Positions 39,000-46,655 of a DNA stretch of 64,000 bases are shown piece after piece. Location of the stretch: contig JBAZUP010000001.1 in assembly GCA_041661385.1 (NCBI GenBank), forward strand, positions 209,692-273,691, given 5' to 3'. The translations under genes were made by a program, and so were the position numbers. The notes under the pieces were generated by a model. The model was given only the letters and a program-made list of their open reading frames with translations. It was not told the origin of the DNA and made no database searches. Source of the stretch: Patescibacteria group bacterium. GTDB lineage: Bacteria; Patescibacteriota; Patescibacteriia; Magasanikbacterales; GWA2-37-8. Each line of letters opens with the position of its first letter. The stretch's first letter is position 1.

Positions 39000-39200
39000 A
39001 ATCCTATATAACAACCCCGTCCGTATTTCACTCATTCAATAGAATGGCGATGTAACCAGATACGACAACGGGATACCGACAGATACTAGTTCCGTGCAAT
39101 TCCCCTATCGACAGGTCAGACGAAGGACGGGGCTGCTAGGCAGGATTGGAGCTGAGGCCGCAAATTGGCCCTAAAGGCCGTTCCGCGGTTATCACTCCAC
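39000..39200 (-). ncRNA. Putative structured 5' leader RNA of the hrcA operon
   Basis: ~53% GC by hand count over 39011-39190; long stem 39125-39147 pairing with 39000-39022, with G-U pairs only on the minus strand. Confidence 0.55.
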
Positions 39201-39215
39201 TCCTATGAGTGATAA
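39189..39215. promoter_or_regulatory. CIRCE operator variant
   Basis: TTATCACTC-N9-GAGTGATAA versus canonical TTAGCACTC-N9-GAGTGCTAA, upstream of hrcA. Confidence 0.85.
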
Positions 39216-39241
39216 TACACCCTATCGCTCCAGCATGTCAA
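39212..39241 (-). promoter_or_regulatory. sigma70 promoter of the hrcA operon
   Basis: TTGACA (39241-39236)-18-TATTAT (39217-39212); the -10 overlaps CIRCE. Confidence 0.65.
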
Positions 39242-39269
39242 GCGATAAAATAGTGGATAAAATATAATA

Positions 39270-39299
39270 AAAAAACACCCCTATTTTTGGGGTGTTTTG
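39270..39299 (-). terminator. Intrinsic terminator after the SPFH gene
   Basis: AAAACACCCC-tatttt-TGGGGTGTTTT with T-tract on the minus strand. Confidence 0.75.
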
Positions 39300-39308
39300 T
39301 TGATGTTT

Positions 39309-39884
39309 TTATTGATGAATCTGAGAGATTTCGCTGAGGAGCACATTTTCTACATAGATACCGCGCGGGAAGAAAATCTTTTCAAGCTCATTTTTTAATT
39401 CGATTTCAACACTGTCACGATGCGAGCCGATAATGTTCGCATAATCGAACCTAGAAAATACCATGCGAATACGGCTACGAATTGCCGGCCTAACAATCTT
39501 AGCGACAAAATCTTCACCAATGGTTTGCCAAATCGAAGGAACTTGATGAATATCTAAGCGGAGTAAAATTGTACCGTTTACTTCTACTCGCTTACCATCT
39601 TGTGTAACCGCGGCAATAGGAATGTCCCCAAGCGCTCTTTCATGAGCGGCATCAAATTGACGAGAAATACTATATTCCAAGGTCTGAACATTAAACAATT
39701 TTGCTTTTTGCCAAAACGGAATTTTCAAATGCAGTCCGGAAGTCAAAACTTTTTTTAATACTCCCCTGCCCAAATCGTACACGCAAGCAACGTATCCCGG
39801 TGGGACATAAATAAAAAGACCCTTCAGCACATCATCCACTACGAATGAATATACTAATCGGTCTAAATCATTTGATTCCGCCAT
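39309..39884 (-). CDS. SPFH/prohibitin (band 7) domain protein
   Basis: YVPPG...GLHLKIPFWQK, VTQDG, IVRPAIRSRIR, GIYVENVLL. Confidence 0.8.
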   Translation of the reverse strand: MAESNDLDRLVYSFVVDDVLKGLFIYVPPGYVACVYDLGRGVLKKVLTSGLHLKIPFWQKAKLFNVQTLEYSISRQFDAAHERALGDIPIAAVTQDGKRVEVNGTILLRLDIHQVPSIWQTIGEDFVAKIVRPAIRSRIRMVFSRFDYANIIGSHRDSVEIELKNELEKIFFPRGIYVENVLLSEISQIHQ

Positions 39885-39894
39885 ATTTTATTTC

Positions 39895-40629
39895 TTAATG
39901 ATGCGCTCCTGCGCTAGGCAGAGAAGCTTTTTTATTCTTCTTTTTTGGCACTACCGTTAGGTAATGAATCGCCTTAATCATATCAGTAAATATCATGGTT
40001 GTCAAAATAAACAACGACTTAACCATGGGCAAATACCAGAGCGCCACAAACGTAAAAATCGGAAAAAATATAATGAAATACATGTCTGAAGGGCTCCAGT
40101 GTTTTTGATGACGGCTTCCAATTAGGGTAGAAATTATAAGATATAAAGTTGCAAGGCCAGCCCACAAATAATCGTGGCGATAGCCAATATCAAACCCGTA
40201 AAAACTAATATTTATTTTGCCGGGATAATCAATAATCGGATAAAGAGTTTTGATAACTTTTTCTCCGGTAATACCTTGTAAGAAAACTTGATAAAGTAAA
40301 ATAAGTACTAAAAATTGAATTGCGAGCGTTAAAACTTTTGCCCATGGAGAAATGCGGTATTTTTTCATGATGCTGCGCGCCGCCTCACTCTGAGCAATCC
40401 GATCATTTTTAAAAGCCAACATTGCTTTTCTAGCTTCTTCCTCCGCTTTTTCACGACGATCAGTATTCATGAGCGCAATAATTGTAAGCGGCAACAATAT
40501 AACTCGAAGAAAAACCGTAAGCCAAACCACTGCCCACCCAAGGTTTTCACCGGCGACATTTACATAAATCCAAATCAGCGCGTTAAACAACGGCTGGAAA
40601 AGGAAATTATACCAAATCAGATTAAGCAT
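39895..40629 (-). CDS. yidC: YidC/Oxa1 family membrane insertase (short)
   Basis: FQPLFNAL, LGWAVV.LTV.LRVILLPL, QFLVLILLYQVF. Confidence 0.78.
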   Translation of the reverse strand: MLNLIWYNFLFQPLFNALIWIYVNVAGENLGWAVVWLTVFLRVILLPLTIIALMNTDRREKAEEEARKAMLAFKNDRIAQSEAARSIMKKYRISPWAKVLTLAIQFLVLILLYQVFLQGITGEKVIKTLYPIIDYPGKINISFYGFDIGYRHDYLWAGLATLYLIISTLIGSRHQKHWSPSDMYFIIFFPIFTFVALWYLPMVKSLFILTTMIFTDMIKAIHYLTVVPKKKNKKASLPSAGAHH

Positions 40630-40688
40630 AAATATGCCATAATAATAACATAAAATGACGCTATTCGCAAATGTATTGGAAATGATTA

Positions 40689-40722
40689 GGGCGGCCGCAA
40701 TTTCGCGGCCGCCCCGGAAAAA
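40689..40722 (-). terminator. GC-rich intrinsic terminator-like hairpin
   Basis: GGGCGGCCGC-aatttc-GCGGCCGCCC immediately after the orphan gene stop. Confidence 0.6.
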
Positions 40723-40728
40723 GAACGA

Positions 40729-41316
40729 CTATACGACCTTTCTTACATCGATGTCTTTTCGCTCAAGACCGAGCGAGTAAAAGGCGGTAAGAACAGCCTC
40801 AAGCTGAGACGGATTACCGCCAAATTCAGGGCTCCAAACAAGCTTGATATCGGACGGTTCACCGCCGTGCGGATAGATGCGAAAATCACATCGAACTGAG
40901 TTATTAAACCGGTTATACTTGTGAGCCGACCTCACAAATGAAAGATGGCCCACATAACCACGCCGCAGAAAAACGGCGGCGATCTTCCGAATAATTTCAA
41001 AGCTTTTTTCACTTTTGCGCCCAGCCTCTTCAAAAGCAACAAAGCTCGGAAGCTTTTTGTCTACCATGAGCGCAGAAAGATCTGGAAGGTGTCTTTTCCC
41101 GGATCCCTGCTCGGCTTTTCCGACAATCACCGGTGAAATATCATGCAATCTGGAAAAGAGGTATCCAGTTTGATATGCAATATCACGAAACATCTCCTGA
41201 TCTGGCGGGAAATGCAAAACCCCGTCGAACCATTTCCAATCTTTTGGAATAGATTCTACAAGCTTTTTACGGACCTCTGGATTATCCGGAAGCGCAAAAA
41301 AGATTTGGTTTTCCAT
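40729..41316 (-). CDS. Hypothetical protein
   Basis: 195-aa ORF with strong SD (GAGGAGG), own promoter-like TTGCTA-17-TAGTTT and a downstream hairpin. Confidence 0.7.
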   Translation of the reverse strand: MENQIFFALPDNPEVRKKLVESIPKDWKWFDGVLHFPPDQEMFRDIAYQTGYLFSRLHDISPVIVGKAEQGSGKRHLPDLSALMVDKKLPSFVAFEEAGRKSEKSFEIIRKIAAVFLRRGYVGHLSFVRSAHKYNRFNNSVRCDFRIYPHGGEPSDIKLVWSPEFGGNPSQLEAVLTAFYSLGLERKDIDVRKVV

Positions 41317-41387
41317 CTCTTCCTCCTCATCGTGCTTGAAAGGTTAACTGATAGAAACTAACACGAGAAATAAAAATTAGCAAGGTA

Positions 41388-41416
41388 AAAAATAACCGCT
41401 TGGTTTAAGCGGTTAG
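41388..41416 (-). terminator. Terminator of the racemase-ligase operon
   Basis: TAACCGCTT / AAGCGGTTA stem followed by T-tract on the minus strand. Confidence 0.7.
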
Positions 41417-41429
41417 ATATTAAACTGAA

Positions 41430-44024
41430 TTACTCATGAAGCTCCCAAATGAACCGCGCTACCGGGTTTGGCTTGCCGATAAGCGGATGGTGATGCAAAT
41501 TTATAAACGGCATGCCGTTACACTCTATAATACCCCACTTTTTACCGGCCGGCGAAACTGTCACATCATCAACGATGAAATCAAACCCGAGCAGCGGGTC
41601 GCCGATAGCGGCGGCGGCTTTTTCCAAAGCCGCTTTGATTTCCGGATGCGTTTCCTCGGTAATTTCAAAACTTGAACCGCCATAGGAAATGCCGACTTTT
41701 TCAGTAAGATCAATTTTTTTATCTTTCGGCAAAACTGTTTTAAGATTAAATCCGTTTCTAGCCAAAAATTCATTTGAAGATTGAGAAATTTTAAAATCTT
41801 TTACGCGCGGATCTTTGGCGGCATTTTTTAATTCAATTAATTCACTAATAGTATGGGTGCCGTCGCCAATAATGCGCGGAGGTGAACCGCCCAAAACTCC
41901 CGCAAGTTTTCCACCAATTACTGTGCCTCGGAATACGTCTCCGATCAAATGTTCTTCCATAACCACCCAGTGGCATAATTGCTTGGCTATTTTAAAAGCC
42001 TTACGAAGCTGCTCTTCATTATAAATATGAGTGGTGGTGTGGCGGCCGCGAGAACCAAGCCTCGGTTTAATAATAACCGGCTTTTCCAATTCACGAAACC
42101 TATTTAACAATTTCTTATATTTTGAATATCCGCCACCCGGTGAAACCGGCACCCCGGCCGACATTAATTTTTTCTTGATTATGGCTTTATCGTCTAGCCA
42201 AAATTCAATCTCGGTATCCTTAAATTTATCAGGTCGCGGCAAACCAGAAAAATACATAACCTTATCGCCAATTTTTGCGTCGTAAAAATCAACCTCACGC
42301 CCAAATATTTTTGCTCCTCTCATTTCAATCCCCTTTTTTTCAGCTTCCTCCCATAAAACTTTTGCCCGTTCAATCGTCCAAGTTTCACGATTATTATGGA
42401 ATCCAACCAACTTCAACTTTTCAAATATTCGCCACCAAAGCATAAAAAAATTATCCAGAAGTCGACTAAACGCCCTAAAAATCCCCACTCTTGCCATGGA
42501 CCGATTCAATGGCGACATCATTATAATCATTGATTCACTTATCCACTGCACATTATGCGGAACCGGATTATTACCGCAATATTCGCATTTCTTCGGCGCA
42601 AACAGATTACTGAAATTGGACGGGATAAATAAAAACGGCTTCAGTTTTTTCCGTTTAACATTAGACGTCTTTCCGGTAATTATTTTGTAATATTCAGGCA
42701 GCATAGTATCAACAGCTTTTTTTAGGGAAGTTAAAAGACAAATCTTTTTAAAATCTGCGGCGTTGTTTTCATTTCCGTACAAAAGCACGTCTAAGCCGGT
42801 CGCCGGAACTGAGCGGCTTTGATAATTAATAAACGAAAGAGCCATATCCGCCGCAAAATGGTTGGTTTGAAGCGCCGCTAAAAATGGTGGAATTATAAAA
42901 TTGTTTTCCAATAATACTTTTTTCCAGGCGGCCTTTAATTCTGCCAAATAATTCACCTGGCTGAACCCGCCGCCGCAAGTCACACCATAATAAAACGAAA
43001 TCACAATATAAGTAAGGGCCATGCTCGGCATAATCTGATTATTGTTCAGCGCTTCCGCTACGCCATTTGGGGTAAGTGGAATATTTAAATTGTAATCATT
43101 GCTAATAAGTTTTTCATCTTCCAAAAACAGTCTAACTCTTTTACCGTTTTTTAAACCCCAAAACAAAAAGGTTCCCTTATTCTCCGCTTCAAAAAATGCC
43201 CCGGCAATACCGTTGAAATTTTTCCTAAACGAAGACAGGGTCTTTTTATTAAACATCAGTTCAAAGATAGCCGTTTTTTTATTTAGGTGGTGTTGTAAAA
43301 TTAAATTCTTTACAATTTCTTCCTGATCCAAATAAATTAAATTCGAATTTTCCTGTCCGGGAAATAATTTCCATAAATGATAATTTCCTCTGCTGATTTG
43401 ATCAGAATATTTTTCGCACAACAAATTATCTTCTCTAAAAAATGTTTTATTCAAAATTTTAAGCAATCGGTTAGATTTATAACCAAGATCTTCCGCAATT
43501 ATTTCTTTTATTACATTAGCAACAGCGCTTTTATCATAACCTTTGGTGATATGTATCGGCTGGTGCTTATTTTTTAAACTGAAGAGGTGCAAGCGCTTTT
43601 CGTCGAGATTTGAATCATGAACCAAAAAACCTCTGGGAAACGATGAATTATTGAGCGATACACCTGAACAAGCCAAAGTAAAAATATATTTATTGTTTTT
43701 ATGATTATTTACCAATGCCTGCAACCAAGTAGAATTGAAAAAAAATGCGTGAGTAAGCGGGCCATGATGGTCGGCGGTGGAAACATAATATTGATTCCAT
43801 AATTCCACTCGCGCTTCTTCCGCCGTCTTTTTATCAAATAATTCTAAAATCTTAGCTTCAACAACCCCAAGAAACTCATTTTTCAAATCCTCACTAACAT
43901 TTATTTGCTCATTAACAACTGAAGAAGCATACTCAAAAATCGATTCTTGACCGTGGTCATCGATAATATTTTTTAATACTGGTTTGTCGTCAAAAACTTT
44001 TTTTCTGATTATGCGCCTCGACAT
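41430..44024 (-). CDS. Fusion: unassigned N-terminal enzyme domain, CxxC linker, ATP-grasp ligase (GshF/cyanophycin-synthetase-type)
   Basis: C-half DDKAIIKKKL..AGVPV, PVIIKPRLGSRGR, MEEHLIG, GFDFI, IIECNGMP; N-half STADHHGP and GGGFSQVNY. Confidence 0.75.
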   Translation of the reverse strand: MSRRIIRKKVFDDKPVLKNIIDDHGQESIFEYASSVVNEQINVSEDLKNEFLGVVEAKILELFDKKTAEEARVELWNQYYVSTADHHGPLTHAFFFNSTWLQALVNNHKNNKYIFTLACSGVSLNNSSFPRGFLVHDSNLDEKRLHLFSLKNKHQPIHITKGYDKSAVANVIKEIIAEDLGYKSNRLLKILNKTFFREDNLLCEKYSDQISRGNYHLWKLFPGQENSNLIYLDQEEIVKNLILQHHLNKKTAIFELMFNKKTLSSFRKNFNGIAGAFFEAENKGTFLFWGLKNGKRVRLFLEDEKLISNDYNLNIPLTPNGVAEALNNNQIMPSMALTYIVISFYYGVTCGGGFSQVNYLAELKAAWKKVLLENNFIIPPFLAALQTNHFAADMALSFINYQSRSVPATGLDVLLYGNENNAADFKKICLLTSLKKAVDTMLPEYYKIITGKTSNVKRKKLKPFLFIPSNFSNLFAPKKCEYCGNNPVPHNVQWISESMIIMMSPLNRSMARVGIFRAFSRLLDNFFMLWWRIFEKLKLVGFHNNRETWTIERAKVLWEEAEKKGIEMRGAKIFGREVDFYDAKIGDKVMYFSGLPRPDKFKDTEIEFWLDDKAIIKKKLMSAGVPVSPGGGYSKYKKLLNRFRELEKPVIIKPRLGSRGRHTTTHIYNEEQLRKAFKIAKQLCHWVVMEEHLIGDVFRGTVIGGKLAGVLGGSPPRIIGDGTHTISELIELKNAAKDPRVKDFKISQSSNEFLARNGFNLKTVLPKDKKIDLTEKVGISYGGSSFEITEETHPEIKAALEKAAAAIGDPLLGFDFIVDDVTVSPAGKKWGIIECNGMPFINLHHHPLIGKPNPVARFIWELHE

Positions 44025-44030
44025 ATATTG

Positions 44031-44792
44031 CTACTCGGTTATTTTCAACTCCTTTTCACCAAGGAAACGAACTTCACCTAGCAACTCTATTTCTAAACTC
44101 GGTTTAAAACGAATTTCGTACCTGTGACCACTTGGCTGTTTAACAAAAAAAATCTCATTTTTTGACGGGTCTCTAAAAGGTATACAAGCCGCTATACTCC
44201 CCGATCCACAGGCGCTTTCTTTTACAAAAGTTCCAGTTTCTTTAACCCAAACTGTCGGCTCAATTTTTAAACTTGCGTAACTATTTTTTTCGAGAAAAAT
44301 TATTCCAAAAGCCGGAGAACTATTATAGTATGCCCGCACCAATGAATCGGCATCGAGATCTTTTTTTGTAGTCACGAGATAAGAGATACCCTGCAGTTCC
44401 ACCAAAAAACCATCGAACACCACGGTACAACCCACCACTAATGAGCCGGGCATGGATAGCGCGATAAGTTGGTCAGATTTTTGAGCAGTAATCTCTTGGT
44501 CAAATCCGGAAACTGTAAACTTTACTTCATCAATATTCTTTTCGTTTAACCAATGACTGGCCGCGGAACTTGCCGCATTCACGCAAAATTCACCGCCCAT
44601 CATTTGCAAACGTAACGGTCCCGCGCCCGACAAAACAAACCCTACTTGTTCAATTTCTGGATTACTCGCCATTATCTCCCTTGAAACCTCTGAAACTGAA
44701 TCTTTGTGATTAGAAAAAACGATCGCAGTAGTATTGCCACCCGGATAAAAAACCTTATATTTAACGTTATTTTTGTTGTTATCTATTGCCAT
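44031..44792 (-). CDS. PLP-independent amino-acid racemase, DapF fold, CntK (histidine racemase)-like
   Basis: PGGNTTAIV, EQVGFV, LQMMGGEFCVNA, ESACGSGS (two catalytic Cys). Confidence 0.8.
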   Translation of the reverse strand: MAIDNNKNNVKYKVFYPGGNTTAIVFSNHKDSVSEVSREIMASNPEIEQVGFVLSGAGPLRLQMMGGEFCVNAASSAASHWLNEKNIDEVKFTVSGFDQEITAQKSDQLIALSMPGSLVVGCTVVFDGFLVELQGISYLVTTKKDLDADSLVRAYYNSSPAFGIIFLEKNSYASLKIEPTVWVKETGTFVKESACGSGSIAACIPFRDPSKNEIFFVKQPSGHRYEIRFKPSLEIELLGEVRFLGEKELKITE

Positions 44793-44803
44793 AATTCCGC
44801 TTA

Positions 44804-44866
44804 ATTATAGCAAGAACTTAAAATAAAACAACCTTAAACAAAAAACAGCCCATTGGGCTGTTTTTT
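44804..44866 (-). promoter_or_regulatory. Upstream terminator plus extended -10 promoter for the racemase operon
   Basis: AAAAAACAGCCC-att-GGGCTGTTTTTT hairpin; TGcTATAAT at 44812-44804. Confidence 0.65.
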
Positions 44867-44877
44867 GATATTTCTAT

Positions 44878-45942
44878 TTAATCATCTTCCTGCTCGCTGT
44901 GATTCGTGCGAGTTTGATTTAATGATCGAACAGATCTATGCTGTTCACCTTGTGAATTCTTTGAATCATGAATTTCAATTTCATTTTCATCTTCATGATC
45001 ATCTTCATCGTCATCATGATGTTGATTGTTGGTATTTGGGGTTGAAGTTGGAGTTGAGGTTGGAGGAGTTACTGGCGGAGGTGTGGTCGGGGTTGAAGTA
45101 ACATTATTTACGGTTACTAAAATTAAAGTTGAATTTCCAATATTACTTGCTGGGTCATAGGCCTTTGCTTGTAAGGTATGCGGACCGTTTGTTTCCAAAG
45201 TGGTGTCCCAAGCAAATGAATATGGATTGGTAATATCAAGATATTTTAATATACCATCAACATAAAACTCTACCTTTGCAACACTTGGCACACCAGTCGC
45301 ATCGGCAGCAACCATTATAGTACCAGACACGGTAGAAGGACCCGGGGTGGTTATATTGGAAGTTGGAGGGGTTGAGGTGGTTGAACCGGCATTATTAACA
45401 GTTACGTTTACAACTGAAGAGTTGCTTACGTTTACACCATCATAGGCTTTGGCTTGCAAAGTATGCGCGCCATTTGAAACGGCGGCAGTGTTCCAATCAT
45501 ACGAATATGCCAAAGAGGTGTCCGTTGAAGCTAACGCACCATCAATATAAAATTCAACTTTCGTTACTCCAGTATAAGTAGTGGGAAGTAAATACGGAAT
45601 CATGCGTGTCACATCTGTCCCGTGCATGCCGAAATATAGCGCGTCATTATTTTGTCCGCAGAGGAAAACATTTCCACCAGGATGAGCGCCGGTTGGTTGC
45701 AGCGGCGTCACATCATACTGTTTTCCATAAAGATTTATTACGCACGAAGAGAAAAGGTCGGTAGCGGTTGCAGCGATTGTAACTGTTCCAAAAACAGAAG
45801 CGCCGTTTGCTGGCGAGACGATTGAGACAACCGGTGGCGAACTATCAGTTGGAGCGGCATAAGCCATAATCGGCAGGAGCGGTGCAATAACCATTGCACT
45901 AACCACTCCATATATAAGTGTTTTTAATGAATTTTTATTCAT
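44878..45942 (-). CDS. Secreted protein with two bacterial Ig-like domains and an inserted cytochrome-b5-like module
   Basis: Signal peptide; repeated KVEFY.DG...YS..W.T....NG.HTLQAKAYD; YDVT..HPGG..CG..H insert; T/P linker; acidic His-rich tail. Confidence 0.75.
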   Translation of the reverse strand: MNKNSLKTLIYGVVSAMVIAPLLPIMAYAAPTDSSPPVVSIVSPANGASVFGTVTIAATATDLFSSCVINLYGKQYDVTPLQPTGAHPGGNVFLCGQNNDALYFGMHGTDVTRMIPYLLPTTYTGVTKVEFYIDGALASTDTSLAYSYDWNTAAVSNGAHTLQAKAYDGVNVSNSSVVNVTVNNAGSTTSTPPTSNITTPGPSTVSGTIMVAADATGVPSVAKVEFYVDGILKYLDITNPYSFAWDTTLETNGPHTLQAKAYDPASNIGNSTLILVTVNNVTSTPTTPPPVTPPTSTPTSTPNTNNQHHDDDEDDHEDENEIEIHDSKNSQGEQHRSVRSLNQTRTNHSEQEDD

Positions 45943-46227
45943 ATGACTTGATGAAATCATATCGCGAAACATCAGTTGAGACGCGATGTTAATTAATTTA
46001 TTGTTTTTTTCAATAACAAACCGGAAATTAGCTACTTACATATATTTAATTTTTACAAATTAAAAAAAGACCAATTGTTATTCGCCCTCATAATGATAGA
46101 CAGTTTTGCGGCAATTTTTGGACTAATCGCCTATCTAAATATTCATTACACGCTACAACTACAATAGGTTACAAACTAAAAAACCCCTCTTGATATATGA
46201 CAAAAGGGGCTAAAAAAAGATTTATTA

Positions 46228-46653
46228 TTACGACAATAACTTAGCCAACCTGTCTAGTTCCGCCCTTTCGGCAAAAGGAAAGTTTCGTGGAGAAAATACG
46301 ATTTTATTATTTTCAATACCGGCCGCGCGGGCTGTAGTGATGTCGCCAGAATTATGTAAAGGAGCAACAATCATATGAGCATGACCGACTCCGTACCCAT
46401 TAACAATAATTCCCACCCGGTCAGGTTTTAAATTTTTTTCAATTGCCCTAGTTAATTCTCTTGATTTTTTAAATATTTTCTCAGCAATTTCATCGCTGAC
46501 ATCAGAAAATTTATCTATATGATCTTTAGGAATAATCAGCACTTGGCCGGGCCTGATTGGTTGAATATCCATAAACGCAAAAATATCAGTGTCTTCGTAC
46601 ACTGGGCTACATTCAGCGGTTCGAGCAATTATTTTACAAAATATACAGGTCAT
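46228..46653 (-). CDS. HIT family protein
   Basis: CIFCKII, FMDIQPI.PGQVLIIPK.H, VGHAHMI. Confidence 0.85.
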   Translation of the reverse strand: MTCIFCKIIARTAECSPVYEDTDIFAFMDIQPIRPGQVLIIPKDHIDKFSDVSDEIAEKIFKKSRELTRAIEKNLKPDRVGIIVNGYGVGHAHMIVAPLHNSGDITTARAAGIENNKIVFSPRNFPFAERAELDRLAKLLS

Positions 46654-46655
46654 AA

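Noticed and set aside
39000-39200. SRP RNA, RNase P, tmRNA or a known riboswitch
   Set aside because: Their hallmark motifs were not found by eye; left as unassigned structured RNA pending an Rfam scan
41430-44024. Call as cyanophycin synthetase or GshF
   Set aside because: Only the ATP-grasp part resembles them; no Mur-ligase domain or recognisable glutamate-cysteine ligase motifs, and no cyanophycinase nearby
44031-44792. Call as dapF or a staphylopine cluster
   Set aside because: Motifs differ from canonical DapF (GNDF, GNPH absent); no CntL/CntM or metal ABC importer adjacent
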